This document shows positions 35,681-49,800 of a DNA stretch of 64,000 bases, piece after piece. The stretch is from assembly GCA_951406725.2 (NCBI GenBank), contig OX597820.1, positions 37,324,001 through 37,388,000 of the forward strand, in the 5' to 3' direction. How positions within the stretch are numbered: position 1 is the first letter of the stretch; every line of letters starts with the position of its first letter. The position numbers were made by a program, and so were the translations under genes. The notes under the pieces are model-generated. The model ran no database searches. It saw nothing but the letters and a program-made list of their open reading frames with translations, and had not been told where the DNA came from. The DNA is from Octopus vulgaris (Eukaryota).

Positions 35681-37334
35681 AATATCAGTATTCAATTATG
35701 GAAGTACTATAGTCGTTAATATTGTATGCATTCGTGGGCACTACTGACTTTTTGCTGACCTAATTTTTCTTTATTTCATGATTGAAATATAAAAAGTTAT
35801 TGTTTCGTTAATTACTCATAGTTTCAAAACCATTCAATTACAAAAACAAATTTTAAAAAAATTAAATATGTAGAATCTTAAATCCTGATGTAGTGTAAAT
35901 GTTTTTGAATACATCAGATACAGTATTTCTAAATAACTCTTTACACATAAATTCGCCTAAAATCGTTTGTGTCCATCCCTTTATAAACTTGTGCGAGGGA
36001 CTTTATAAATATGAGGTATAATATTGTCTGATCGACTGTTTTGAAATATGTATCACTATTTCAAAGGGAAGGAAAAGGGCTAGAATTTGGGGGTGGGGAG
36101 AGGAAGCAAAATGTAAGAAAAAAATTGAATTTTTTTTGAAAAACAATTCCCTCAGAATCTGTAATTCAGATTGTATGATGAAATGCAGGAAGTGGTGATG
36201 TGTTGAAATCCTACTTAGTTCCTTGCTCATCTAGCGGAGACATGTAATATGCTGGGATTCTGTTTCTTAAAAATTGCTTCTAACTTTAAAATGTCTAGTG
36301 AATATAAATAGTTTTACTTACAAACCATTGAATTCAGTAGCATTATTGTGAATAATAATAGAAAAAAAAAGATTGGGACCCTAAAAATTTAGTTGTTGCT
36401 ACAAACGGTTTAATACATTATAACACTGATATAACTTAACCACATTTTTGTTTCGTTATATTTTGTAAAAGTAAATTTTCAATACATTTTAAAATTTCCA
36501 TCCCATTCAGAGTTGAATCTTCAGTCAAAATAGATTTACTCTAAGAAGTAAAGGATATGTCAAAGAAAACATTGATTTATAACTTAACAGCTAAGATATA
36601 ACACAAATCGGAGACTAATTTGTGCTTGTATATGATAAAATCACATAATTGTGAATTTGTATATGTTTTACATCAGCAACTGATACAGAGTTAACTTTAT
36701 TCATTGCACCCCCTCCCAGCTCCTCCCTAAAATTTCATGTCATTTACCTCAAGTATTGCAGGTATTAATTACTTTTCAAAACAAAGAATGCATTTTAAAA
36801 AAATCATTCTAATTTTATTTTCAAAGTCTATTTTATCTCAAGTTCTGAATATGCTTTCTACTTTGTTGGTTCATTGAGTTTCCAAAGAATTTCCACAGAT
36901 ATAGAAATGGGGTAAATAAGCATTCTATATTGCATGATTTAGTGCAAAAATATTTTTGGAATCAGGATGACCCTGAGATTGAAAATCTGCCCATCGTTTG
37001 ATTCTTGAACATCTAGCATTGGGATTTAATTTAAAATCATTTGGGTTGCTATTTCTATCAGGTAAAGCTTGGCTGATTCATGCCATCTTGGTTGGCATTT
37101 GTCAGATGACATCAGAGATCACGGGAAGATAAATGACATTTGCTTTGTGAATTTTGCATCAAGATAAGAACTTTGGGACAAATTGGCCAACAGTTGGAAT
37201 TCAACTTGGAACTGGAACAATAGAATGATTGCATTAGAGAATTCTCATCTGCCCTTAACCTCTGATGAAACATCACTGGGGTATATAGTCATGCTTTTTA
37301 GCTCTGTTTAGTTTTGGGCCACAGGCCCAATTAT

Positions 37335-37790
37335 CCCTCTTGCACTTGCAAAAAGCTTTTGAGGCAAGTGAAATCATTGTCCTGGCCGTTGACAGTACCG
37401 TCTGATTGGCACATTAAAAGCACCATTTTAGCATGATTGTTGCCAGTGTTGCCTGACTGGCTCCTGTGCCGGTGGCACGTAAAAAGCACCATTCGAGCGT
37501 GATCATTGCCAGTGTTGCCTGACTGGCTCCTGTGCTGGTGGCATGTAAAAAACACCATTCGAGCATGGTCATTGCCAGTGCCATTTGACAAGCTCTTGTG
37601 CTGGTGGTATGTAAAAATCACCCACTGCACTCTTGGAGTGGTTGTCGTTAGGAAGGGCATCCAGCTGTAGAAACTTTGCCAGATCAGGTTGGAGCCTGTG
37701 CAGCCTTCTGGCTCACCAGCCCTCAGTCAAACTGTCCAACTCATGCCAGCATGGAAAGTGGACATTAAACAAAAACAACAATGATGAGTA
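37335..37790 (+). mobile_element. RTE LINE 3' UTR with ~60-bp tandem repeats
   Basis: Three to four repeats of gccagtgttgcctgactggctcctgtgccggtggcacgtaaaaagcaccattcgagc, then ...gcatggaaagtggacattaaac. Confidence 0.75.
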
Positions 37791-37960
37791 GGAGGAGGAA
37801 CTAGCTTAAAAGTTTGCATGGAATGTGGCTTTTAAGCTAATCTTTAATATAAACAGAATACGTTTTGGAACTTGAATTTTCTTGCATAATTGCCGTACCA
37901 AACTATTTATTATATCAAGGTTCTTAATATTCCACAAAACATATTTTCTTCATGTCCTAA

Positions 37961-38447
37961 TCTATATATATAAAACTGTAGTTGTGTGAGTGTCTGTTAC
38001 CTTCGATTTAGATTCCTAACTACTCCCACATTTTGCGGTGCAGTTTAACCAAATTCGGGTATCTTATAGTCGTGATTCATATCGAGCCCATCTGAGTATT
38101 AGCGCGCGTCTACGATGAGTCTATGATTTTAAAAATAATTTAACATCATTTTTTATTCCATTTTAATGCATAATTTTTCGTGTGTCGATGGCGGCGGAGT
38201 TGGCGTCCATGGTCACACCTGCACCTGTTTGCTTCTCCCCCTTCTTCCCTCCCTCGTGAAGCTGTGGGGAAGGGAGTGTAAGGAAATCAACGTCGTAAAG
38301 CATTGTCAAGGAGACCAGCGTTCTTTTAGAACAACGACTTCATGGCTTGAAGACACCAAAACAGAAATGGCTAAGAAGTAACTCTCTAAAAATGCTTATA
38401 TAGTTATTTCCCTTACAAACCTGAGCAACGCCGGGCGATACTGCTAG
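37961..38447 (+). mobile_element. Non-autonomous Helitron
   Basis: A|TCTATATATATAAAA 5' end; 3' hairpin cctgagcaacgccggg followed by CTAG|T; inserted between A and T with no TSD. Confidence 0.85.
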
Positions 38448-39670
38448 TTCAATATAAACATATTTCTTTCCATTTTACCAATTTTCAAAATTAAATTTCA
38501 TAAGACTAACTTTTCTTGAGATATAGTAACACTTTTGTTATTATATTTTGGTAGAAATACACTGTCCTTGTTTCATTTTGGTAAAAATAAGGAATTTAGG
38601 AAAATAACTGTCATTAATAAGCTGGTATTTGGAACATAAATTAACTTGAAATTTTGATTAAAGGTGCAGATCATTTTAAAAGAGGGAATTTGTATCATAG
38701 ACCAAATAGGTGGGGTTTCAGGGTTAACTGAATGCTATAAAAAAGTAACCTTAATCAGATTGTTCAGTCACAACTTTCTACCAATTCACCTGCCGTTGAC
38801 TGAAGGTGATGTACACCAGGTAGTTTTTGCTAATGCTGTAGTTTTTATTCATTTGCATGTTCTTTGTTCATTATGATACTTTTTTTTTGTTGTAAAATTT
38901 TTTATCTGCTGTAAAATATGTACCCACCTTTAGAACAACTGTCTTTAATCATAGGAATTTTCAGTCAGGGCTGGCCTGGGACTGAAAGACAGTAAGAATG
39001 AAAATCCACTGGAGTTTCTAGCTCATCACTTGACCAACTAGAAAATACCAACCAAGTTGCCCTCATTTCACACACCACTGTCTTGCACAAAAGACAGGAT
39101 GGTCAAAGCTAGAGTGTTTTTGGTAAGAGGGCTACTCAGTCAGCATTGACCTAATGTTAAACAGCAAACATGCAATAATGAATAATGATTAAGAATTTTA
39201 TTACCCACGATTTTGTAGTTTAACACATATATTGTTACATTATATTTTGATCTAACTGGAGATGAGAATTATGTAGGCTTCACACAATGTAATTTTAGTG
39301 ACAAATGGTTATTTACTTGTTTATATCTACAGTTTAAGCCTATTTTTCTACTGTTAAATCTCTTTGTAAGCATCCTCTATATCATACTGTTTCTCTTTTA
39401 TTTCAGAATATAAAATGATACTGGCTTAAAATATTTACATCAAACACAGAATCAATATCATCTTTTAAAGACTAAACAAACCTGTCATATTCAACATATA
39501 AACCTATTTGTATTGAGACTTGATTTACAGTCTGGAACGTGCACAAGATCATCATCATTTAAAGTCCATTTTCCTTGATGAATTTGCAATCTAATTATAC
39601 TTGGATAAATTTACAAAGGAATTTTGTGAATCTTCAGATATCAACAAAAAGGAGAAAAATATAGTGTTGC

Positions 39671-41056
39671 ATGAGGAGAAAAGTTATGGAAAATGAATCA
39701 TATGAAAACAAATCTAAATTTAATTCACTGTCTAACAGTATTGATTTTCCTGATTTGATGTTGAAAAAGATAAGGAAACCATCATACCATTGCGATATCT
39801 GTAAAAAGTCATTCTCTAAAAAAGGTAATCTAACTACTCACAAGCGTATTCATACAGGGGAAAAACCATATAATTGTGATATCTGTGGTAAATCATTCTC
39901 TGAAGGCAGTAACTTAACAAAACACAAACGCATTCATACAGGAGAGAAACCATATCATTGTGATATCTGTGGTAAATCTTTCTTTCAAAGAGGCCATTTA
40001 AGTACTCACACACTCATTCATACAGGAGAGAAGCCATACCCCTGTGATATCTGTGGTAAGTCATTCTCTGGAAAAGGAGATTTAACTAAACACAAGCGCA
40101 TCCATACAGGGGAAAAGCCATATCACTGTGATATCTGTGGCAAATCCTTTACTGCAAGAAGTAACTTAAATACGCACAAACATATTCATACTGGAGAAAA
40201 ACCATATCACTGTGATATCTGTGATATATCTTTCTCTCGTGGAAGTACTTTAACTGTACACAATAGACATATTCATACAAGAGAGCAGCCATATTGCTGT
40301 GATATCTGTGGTAAATCATTCTCTGAAACAAGTCACTTAACTAGACATATACGTATTCATACAGGAGAGAAACCATATGACTGTGATATTTGTGGTAAAT
40401 CATTCTCTGCAAGGAGTAACTTAACTACTCACAGACATATTCATACAGGAGAGAAACCATATCACTGTGATATCTGTGGTATATCTTTTTCTCAGACAAG
40501 TCATTTAAATACTCACAAACATACTCACACTGGAGAGAAACCATATCAATGTGATATTTGCGATAAGTCATTCTCTCAGACAAGTCATTTAACTATCCAC
40601 AAACGTATTCATACAGGAGAGAAGCCATACCAGTGTAATATCTGTGGTAAATCATTCTCTCAAAATAGTGATGTAACTAAACACAAACGCATTCATACAG
40701 GAGAAACTCTATATCATTGTGACATCTGTGGTATACCATTCTCTCACACTGCTGAGTTAACCAAACACAAACGCATTCACTGTGAAGAAAGACCATATTA
40801 TAGTAATATCTGTGGTAAATTATTCTCTGTAAGTAGTAAGCTGACTAAACACAGTCACAATCACACAGGAGAGAAGCCATATCACTGTGATATTTGTGGT
40901 AGATCATTCTCTCTAACAAGCCACTTAACTGCTCACAAGCGTATCCATACAGGGGAAAAACCATTTCAGTGTGATATCTGTGGTCGGTCATTTTCTCAGA
41001 CTGGTAACTTAACTAGACACAAGTATACACATACAACTGAAAATACATATGACTGA
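39671..41056 (+). CDS. C2H2 zinc-finger protein, 461 aa, 14 intact fingers plus 1 degenerate finger
   Basis: Tandem C2H2 fingers with TGEKPY linkers. The likely start is the second Met (MENESYEN), by homology with 3989-5593. Confidence 0.95.
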   Translation: MRRKVMENESYENKSKFNSLSNSIDFPDLMLKKIRKPSYHCDICKKSFSKKGNLTTHKRIHTGEKPYNCDICGKSFSEGSNLTKHKRIHTGEKPYHCDICGKSFFQRGHLSTHTLIHTGEKPYPCDICGKSFSGKGDLTKHKRIHTGEKPYHCDICGKSFTARSNLNTHKHIHTGEKPYHCDICDISFSRGSTLTVHNRHIHTREQPYCCDICGKSFSETSHLTRHIRIHTGEKPYDCDICGKSFSARSNLTTHRHIHTGEKPYHCDICGISFSQTSHLNTHKHTHTGEKPYQCDICDKSFSQTSHLTIHKRIHTGEKPYQCNICGKSFSQNSDVTKHKRIHTGETLYHCDICGIPFSHTAELTKHKRIHCEERPYYSNICGKLFSVSSKLTKHSHNHTGEKPYHCDICGRSFSLTSHLTAHKRIHTGEKPFQCDICGRSFSQTGNLTRHKYTHTTENTYD

Positions 41057-41978
41057 TGTCTATAGTCAATCATTTCTTCTAAAATGCTGTGTATTCATTT
41101 CCAAGAGTAACTGGATGAATGTCAAAGTTTAAAAAAGGACATCTATAAAACTTTTACATAAAATTCTCAGAAAGACCTAACTGTGATAGCAACATCCCAG
41201 CACTATTTATAACCACAATATCTACATTATGACATAAGAAAAGACATTACTGACTTTGTATTATAGATAATTGAGCATTCCCAAAAATCTGTGGTAATAT
41301 TGTACAATTTATGTTACAAATAGAAACATAAACCATAAAGGATAATATTTCATTGCATTGCAAGAAGTTATATATATATGATACTTAATATATTCTGGAT
41401 CTTGTATACATCCATTTTTTAGCTTATACATATATATATTTTGGTGCAAAATTTAATGGTCTCACACGAAGGGAATGATTTGTTTATCAGGAAGATTTAT
41501 ACAATTTTTTTTTCTTTACTTATAACCTGATTCCTTTATGATTTGATGATTAAACTGAATGTTCATTTGCAAGTGACAGTGTAACTTCTTTCAATTAATG
41601 TAAATGCTAATTGTCATAATTTGTGAATCATTATCATTTAACATCCATGTTCCTTACTAGCATGGATTGGATGATTTGGCAGCTTATGATATGTTCAAGG
41701 ACTGCACCATACTCTGGCATGGTTTTTATGTCCTTCCTAACACCAACTACTTTACAGCGTGAAATTGGGTGGTTCATGCTACCATCACTTGTGAGACTGC
41801 AGTTGTCAAAATTTGTAATTTGCTTAGCACAGGTTTAGGAACAAGGATCAAATGGCCATAAACTGCGAATTTCTATTTCGTTGTAGCGGAGGCATAACCA
41901 ACAACAGAACATATGAGAAGGGATAACAACATCAACTATATTCTTGTGTGTCCCTGTTTAATTTAATCAACTGTGTCT

Positions 41979-42135
41979 TCATCATCATCATCATCATCAT
42001 CGTTTAACGTCCGCTTTCCGCGCTAGCACGGGTTGGACGGTTTGACCGGGTCTGGGAAGCCAGGGGCCGCACCAGGCTCCAGTCTGAATCACGATCGGTT
42101 CGAGCATTTTAACGTGTCAGCGGCACGGGGGCAAC
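41979..42135 (-). mobile_element. Short RTE-type 3' tail insertion with (CAT)n
   Basis: (CAT)7 cgtttaacgtccgctttccgcgctagcacgggttggacgg; followed by three copies of GGGGTACTTTGG(G)GATC at about 42143-42195. Confidence 0.7.
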
Positions 42136-43004
42136 GAGGTCCGGGGTACTTTGGGGATCGGGGTACTTTGGGGATCCAGGGTACTTTGGGGATCCGTTTA
42201 TTTTAATTGCAATATAAAGAAAAAAATGGACAAATTCACATAAAACTCGTGCATGCTATGTGACTGGCTGTTTTTAATTATCTAAGCAAATGCTATACAT
42301 TTGTTATATTTTGATTAGAAGTTCAATACATAACACTTGCCACCTCAATAAAAAAGTCAATTCGTTGGGTTGCAGCTGGTATGTAATGGTTCTGTGAGGA
42401 AATCCATTCTCTTTTATAATATTACTAGCAGATATACCCGGTATTGCTTGGGATTGAAATGGCACGGTTTTTATTCTTGTTTTCACTCATAAGGCTTTGG
42501 TCAGCCTGAGGCTATAGTAGAAGACACTTGTCTTAGGTGCTACGTAGTGGGACTGAACCATGTGGTTTGTAGGAAAGCTATTTACCACACAGCCACATAT
42601 ATATATATATACCATACAGACTTAGTCTGCTGTGATCAATCTACAAATAAACATACATAACATCTAAGGGTATATTTTTTTCCCTCTGAAGAGATTATGC
42701 TCAGAAATATAAATTTAATGATCATTGTTTAACTGGCATCAGCAATGTTTGGATGGTGCTTTTTATGTTTATAATTGAAACACCTGTAAGGGATAATGAT
42801 CAATTTATTGCTGATAATAAACACTTATTAACTTCAAAATCTCCATTATCTTTTTTTCCTTTGCATGAATATAAACTACAGTTTATATACAAAACTATTA
42901 TTTTAAGGAAATCAGTTCCCCCCCACCAAATATCAGGTATTGAACCAGTATTGCCTTGGATGACACCATCCCTTCATGAGGCTAACATAACCTCTAACTG
43001 GATT

Positions 43005-43049
43005 ATATATATATATATATATACACACATACACACACACACACATACA

Positions 43050-43102
<53 letters not shown>

Positions 43103-43777
43103 TATTATATATCATATATATTACATATAGTATATTATATACTATATATATAGAATATATTATATATACTAAATATATAGTATAATAGATACTATGCATG
43201 TATATAGTATATATTATATATATCATATATATAGTATATATTTTATATATTATACATATATATTATATATGCTATACATATATTTAGTATGTGTTATGCT
43301 TCCGGTGCTAATGGTTTTTATACGGCACCATGATTTACAATCCTCTAAATAATAATAATGGTATTTTTATGGCAATCACCATGCAATTACTAAGGAAAAT
43401 AGTGTAATAAAGGGGCATATAGTCAAGCAAATCGACCCCAGGACTTATTCTTTTTAAGCCAAGTACTTATTCTATCAGTCTCTCTTGCCAAACTGCTAAG
43501 TTATGGAGATGTAAACACACCAGCAACAGTTACCAAACAATGTTGTGGGCACAAACACAGACACGCAAACATACACACACACACACACACGACACATGTG
43601 TGTGTATATATGTACGTACATATATATATATATATATATATATATGCTGTCTGTGTATATATATATATGTATGTCTGTATGTGTATATATATATATGTAT
43701 GTCTGTATGTGTATATATATATGTATGTCTGTATGTGTATATATATATGTGTGTGTGTGTATATATGTATGTATGTG

Positions 43778-43822
<45 letters not shown>

Positions 43823-43965
43823 ATGTATATGTATATATATATATATATGTATATATATATCTATGTATATATATATATATGTATATATATATCTATGTAT
43901 ATATATATGTATATATATATCTATGTATATATATATGTATATATATATCTATGTATATATGTATG

Positions 43966-43996
<31 letters not shown>

Positions 43997-44020
43997 GTAT
44001 GTGTATATATGTATGTATAT
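43005..44020. repeat. Compound (TA)/(TG)/(CA) microsatellite region with an embedded SINE fragment
   Basis: Direct reading. The YIYIY/VCV ORFs here are repeat artefacts. Confidence 0.9.
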
Positions 44021-46700
44021 CATCATCATTGTCATTTAATGTCCACTTTCCATGCTGTTATGGGTTGCACGGTTTGACTGAGGACTGGTGAGCCAGAGGC
44101 TGCACCAGGCTTAACCTGATCTAGCAAAGGTTCTGCAGCTGGATGCCCTCTCTAATTGCAACCACTCCGAAAGTGAAGTGGGTGCTTTTACTTGCCACCG
44201 GCACGAGTGCCAGTCAGGTGCTTCTGGCAATGACCACACTCAAAAGATGTTTTTTACATGCTACCTGCACAGGAGCCGGTCCAGCGGCACTGGCAGTGAC
44301 CACACTCAAATGTTGTTTTTCACGTTCCACCAGCACATGCTGGTAAGGCGACGCTGGCAACGATCACGCTTGAATGGTGCTTTTCACGTGCTACCAGTAC
44401 GGGAGCCAATTCGTGGCCCTGGCAACAAACACATTCAGATGTGCTTATAATGTTCCACTGGCACGAGTGCCAATCAGGCAGTATTGTCATCGGCCACGTC
44501 AGTGATTTTGATTTTGATTTCACTTACCTCAACAGGTCTTTGCAAGCAAAGTTTATTTTCCAATGAATGAGAGGTAATCATAAGTGGGCTGGTTACACCC
44601 ACTGGCATACGCCATGGGCTATGGTCTCACTTGGTTTGTCGGTTCTTCTCAAACACAGCATATCTCCCAAGGTCTCCGTCACTAGTCATTGCCTCGGTAA
44701 GGCCCAATGTTTGAAGGTCGTGCTTCACCACCTCATCCCAGGTCTTCCTGGGTCTACCTCTTTGTGTCCCCAAAGTCTATCCCTTCCTCACCGTGGTGGG
44801 GACACTGGCAACGAGTAGCATCAGAGCTATGCCGTCGGGAACTTTAGTTCCTTGTAGGGTCACCCAAGGTGGATTGGTCTGATACTGAGTGGTATTAGAG
44901 CCACAACCCGGAAGACGGGGCTCTGGTGAAAATCCTCGGAGTGTCTGCTTCTGCAACCGGCGGCTCCTCAGTCATTCTGTCCCTGCATCTATAGACAATC
45001 TGTGGCAAACAGGATGTCTTCACATGTGGGATTGTTGAGGACTGCTTGTGAAATCCACATATTCCCACGAAACTTCTTCCATGAGTAGAAGAAGCCGACT
45101 CAATCCGCTCAGGGTGAATGTTGCCACAAGTACAAGTAAGTAAGTACCTCTTCCACAGGTTCCATCAACTGCTAGGGTGTGACACTTTTTCATACAGCTG
45201 TCCTCATTCATTCACAACACATGACCATACCAGTGCAGTTGTCTCTCTTGCACACCACATCTGATGCTTCTTCAATCCAACTTTTCTCTCAGGGTGCTTA
45301 CACTCTGTCGTGTATGCACACTGATATTACACATCCAGTGGAGCATACTGGCTTTGTTCCTTGCAAGCTTACGCATGTCCTCATCAGTCACGGCCCATGT
45401 TTCACTGCCATGTAGCATGGCTGTTCGTACACATGCAGCATACAGTCTATGTTTTACTCTGAATGAGAGGCCCTTTTCACCAGCAGAGGTAGGAGCTCTC
45501 TGAACTTTGCCCAGGCTATTCTTATTCTAGCAGCTACACTTTCGGAGCATCCACTCCCACTACTGACATGGTCACCTAGGTAACAGTAGCTATCAACTAC
45601 TTGTAGTTTTTCTCCCTGGAATGTGACAGAAGCTGTTCTCTGCACATTTTCAATGTTTATAGCACCTGAGCATTTGCCACATACAAAAATTATCTTCCCA
45701 GTCAGCCTCCCTTTGATATTACTGCACCTCTTATGTGTCCATAGCTTACACTAGGTACATCTTATGGAGTTTCTACCTACTCCTTTTCTACAAATTGATC
45801 AGGGCCATCTACACGAAGGGATTTATGGTTTGTCTGCCTTCCTACTTATTAAGACTTTGGTTTTAGATAGATTGACTCTAAGGCCTTTCGATTCTAATCC
45901 TTGTTTCCACACCTGAAACTTTACCTCTACTTCTGAGAGTGACTCAGCAATTAGAGCAAGGTCATCAGCATAGAGGAGTTCCCAGGGGCATCCTGTCTTG
46001 AATTCCTCTGTTATTGCCTGGAGGGTTATGATGAATAAGAGGGGGCTGAGGACTGATCCTTAGTGGACTCCTACCCCTACTTGGAATTCTTCACTGTCCT
46101 CATTGCCAACCCTCACCTTACTAACAGCATCCCTGTATATGGCTTACAAAGCTCTCACTAACCATTCATCTATCCCTAGTTTCCTCATTGACCACCAGAT
46201 AAGAGGTCGGGAAACCCTATCAAAGGCTTTCTCCATGTCAACGAAAGCCAAGTACAGGGATTTATCTTTGGCTAAGTATTTCTCTTGCAGCTGTCTTACC
46301 AGAAATATAGCATCAGTGGTGCTTTTCCCTGGCACAAACCCAAACTGTATCTCATCTAGACTAACTCTCTCTCTAATTAGTTGGGCTATGACCTTCAGTA
46401 CCTGATCCAACAGCTTGAAACCTCTGTAATTATTTATATCTTTACCTTTGTAGCAGTTGACTATGGTGCTGCTACACCAGTCATTGGGAATGACTCCTTC
46501 AAGTATCACCTGGTTAACTGTATGGGTGACTAGGCTACAGCCAACACCACCAGATATTTTGAGCATCTCTGCAGTGATTCCTGATGGGCCGGGGGCTTTC
46601 CTTGTCTTGATACCCTTAATTGCTTTATCTACCAAGGTACTGTCAATTCAGATAGCTGGTCCCTCTGTTGGGTCGGCATTCAGCAGACTCTCTCCCATTC
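44020..46700 (-). mobile_element. 5'-truncated RTE-clade LINE (RT to 3' tail) with nested insertion
   Basis: KAPGPSGITAEMLK, QFGFVPGKSTTDAIF, AFVDMEKAFDRV; YADD at about 45961-45972; YCYLGD..RIRIAWAKFREL; C-terminus GRGRPRKTWDEVV is split by the insertion; (GAT)n tail at about 44020. Confidence 0.92.
44763..45144 (+). mobile_element. Nested non-LTR 3' fragment or SINE with (CAAGTA/AAGT)n tail
   Basis: 8-bp TSD TACCTCTT at 44755-44762 and 45145-45152; removing the insert restores the RTE reading frame. Confidence 0.8.
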
Positions 46701-46719
46701 ATTTTCTTTATTTAGCAAC

Positions 46720-47300
46720 CTTTCATAGTGGCATCTCCAAACCTCTCTCTTTGCAGCTTTGTTTAATAATTATATCTCCAGCAACTATAGACTGTCCTAC
46801 TTCCTCTCACAGGTACTACAACCTCTCATAGAGATGTATCCAGATGTCTGTGTGAGCAAGGAAGATCTCAGTATAATTAGTACTTGCAACCACTCCAACG
46901 ACCTCACAGGTTGTGTAGTGGGGAGTATGGATGTGATTTCACTCTACCCATCTATAGACATAGATTTTGCTGTGGAGAAATGCATTCAGATAGTCTGTGA
47001 GAGTGAAGTAGAGTTCTGTAAGGTCAACACGAGAGAACTGGGCCTCCTCCTCAGACTAAGCTATGACAGTAACTATTTAGAGGACTATGACCTCAGTAGA
47101 TTCTGCCTCACCAAGTCACTGAGGGGAAAACCACCCACCATCACTTCAGCAGTGAAGAACTTCTGCACCACAGAACGCTGGAGTGGCTGGACCGCACCCA
47201 CCCAAAACCCTGAGAACAACAATCAGGTGAAAGAAAAAAAAAGGATGGGTCACTTGTGGCCTTCTTTCTTCAGTCAAGATACCAGATGTCCTTACCATTT
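46720..47300 (+). mobile_element. Penelope-like RT fragment
   Basis: NYRLSYFLSQVLQPL...VVGSMDVISLYPSIDIDFAV matches PLE RT motif 3 (S.DV.SLYPSI). Confidence 0.7.
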
Positions 47301-47594
47301 CGAGCAGTTATACTTGAGACGGTTTGATCTGGTTGCCCCCAAAAAAGTCTAAGCTAAGAGCATTAGATTTTTTGTAAGAAAGCTAGTGAATGTGAACAGC
47401 AACAAAGACAAAATATGGAGAACATGGTATACAATTATAAATACAAGCAACAAGAATATAACAACAGGCATCTTTCAACTGAGAATGAATCAAATTGAGC
47501 TGGTGTGTATAAAGTGAAAGCCTAAAAGCAGTATATAAGAATGGAAAATGGAGAGAAACGCACAAGATGTTATTTAAATCATTTATACCACTGT

Positions 47595-47672
47595 ATCACC
47601 AACATATGTTTCGATTGATATATTAAAATAAATCTGAGAAGAAGAATAATGTATCAATCTCATCACGGAGAT
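47595..47672 (-). ncRNA. Type I hammerhead ribozyme-like motif (C3 mutated)
   Basis: On - strand: ATCTCC GTGATGA GATTGATA...TATCAATC GAAA CATATG TT GGTGAT. Perfect 8-bp stem II, palindromic stem III, 5 of 6 pairs in stem I. Confidence 0.65.
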
Positions 47673-47719
47673 TATAAACAGCAGTGCTCATTAATAAACC
47701 ACTTTTACAGATGTAAGAA

Positions 47720-48778
47720 ACTATTATATGAAAAACAAAGAGCAAAAAATCAGGTTCCTTAAAAGAAGGTGTTTGGAGTGCTGTTTCGATATCATTCATG
47801 CTTCTGAATGTTTTCCCACTGATAAAGACTTGAAGTGCCCCGAACAAGTGTAAAGTCTGTGAGTTAGAGCTTCCCAACCTAATGAATTTATCTCTTCTTG
47901 GATTGTCTTTGCTGAATGTAGCATTGCGTTATCATGTTGCAAGTTTGACTGGAGGTGGTTGTTTTTTGAGCAAAACTTGATCGACACATTCAAGTCATTG
48001 ACAAAGTTCTGTGAGGATACTTTTCCTTTGTTTCAATAATTCAAAGTGAACAATACCAACTGTATTCCACCAAACACAAAGCAAAATCTTAATTTCAGTG
48101 TAGTTCAGGTGTTGGAACTGTATTTTCATTTGGTGATAGTCACTGCTTATTACATTTATTGTTGGCATAGATTCATTTCTCATCACCTGTTACATTTTGA
48201 TTTAAAAAGGTGTCTATTCTTCATTTTGATTTGCAAATTGCCAAAACTCAGCTTTATTCTTGGGGAACAGCTCACGAGGTACCCAGTCCCCTTTTTTATA
48301 CACGTTCCCAATCTGCTTGAGATTTACCAAACCTCTGGAATAAGTTCCTATCACTTGATGCAGATCCTCTTTAATTGCTGTTTTGCTGCATTATTATTGA
48401 GAACAGTTGACCTTCTTGATTGATACCCATCCCATAAAAATCAAAACCACCATTTTTTAATTTGTTATACTCCCTTTAGCATTTCTGATCCTTCACACCA
48501 TCACAATATACAATGTTTTCCCTTGTACATTTGGATTGTTGTCCTTATGAAATTAGTGAAGCATGCAATGCTGAAAATGCAGCTCACTACAGTCTTTGTC
48601 TTCATGGGCTATCAGATACGAGCATATACACACACACATTGCATGTCTACATTAACATTTGGACTTTAACTCTATGCTGATTGGTTGATTGCAAGAACAC
48701 CTTTTATTGGCTTGCAAACTATTCATATGATATCATACTATTCGCTTGAAAATACATTACATTTTGGTACCCCTAATA
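47720..48778 (-). mobile_element. Second degenerate mariner transposon
   Basis: LLCVWWNTVGIVHFELLK, HDNAMLHSAKTIQEEINSLGWEAL and LFGALQVFISGKTF remnants; TIR-like ...ttttggtacccctaata at about 48760-48778. Confidence 0.8.
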
Positions 48779-48849
48779 CATACATGTATATGTATGTATA
48801 TATATACACATATATATGTATGAGTATATTTGTCAGATACTGGTAACAG

Positions 48850-49800
48850 GGAATCCAGCATGCAATCTCTAATGGATATTTAATCCTGATGTCTCTCTGA
48901 CTCCACCACCTGGGAGACCAACCACTCTACTTGTCACAATTTCTTTGTCTACCACTCTGATATTACACTCCACTTACCCTTACCATCCATTACCTGGACA
49001 GTAAACTCTCTAGGCTTAAGCAGTCCATTTTCACCATCATGGACAGATATGCCAATTCCTCTACCCATCCTCTTTATACATCACAACTTGTCACTGTAAG
49101 GAACCTCAGATATACCTCCCCTCTGACAAAGGCATCTTGTGTCATTAAGCCAGACACTTACAGCAGCCTAGTGTACCAATACCTCAGTAACAGTTGAACT
49201 TGCACCAAAGTCAATGGAGTAACTGAACCCTACTGGAAGACATCGTCAATAACACCTTGGGCAACATCTGCAGTCAGGGTAAAGTGTTAAAAATAACTTC
49301 ACTAAGTGTAACAACAGGTTGCCTACCTCGTACCACCTGCTCAAGACACTCAGAGACTTAATCTCCAAATCAGACCATAGTATCCAGCATAAGAGGGCCA
49401 TTTTACAAAATCTTGTGCCTCATCTCTAGAATCCTGAGACATAATTAGCTCGATGTCATCCAATACTCTCAGATGAAATTGATACATTTTCATCCTGGAC
49501 ATAATCCCACTTCAGTTTCTGCTCTCCCTGCTGGAATACATTGCTTCATTGGACCTATACTGCTTCAAACTTACCACCTTTGATATCCACACAGACTTAT
49601 CGGTCATTGCCACCAACACACACTGACTTTCTCAAAAATTCATAGTGTTCAGATCTTCCAATGGGAGCTAGCTTTTCAGGCCTACTAGCTATTATTTACT
49701 TAGACTGGCTGGAATGCAGAGTACTCAATACCTACCACTCCTGCACGGTCTTCACCAGATATGTAGATGACATCCTCATGTGTAATTGACATTTGCATTC
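48850..49800 (+). mobile_element. Degenerate Penelope-like RT fragment
   Basis: Manual translation gives RP.VSSIRGP (about 49372), MGASFSGLLAIIYLDWLE (49661) and TRYVDDIL (about 49754), with many frameshifts. Confidence 0.65.

Noticed and set aside
42680-42720. CTGAAGAG-attatg-CTCAGAAA minimal hammerhead-like motif
   Set aside because: Stems I and III cannot be formed, so it cannot be distinguished from chance.
43540-44091. Long ORFs rich in YIYI/VCV
   Set aside because: These are translations of (TA)/(TG) microsatellites.
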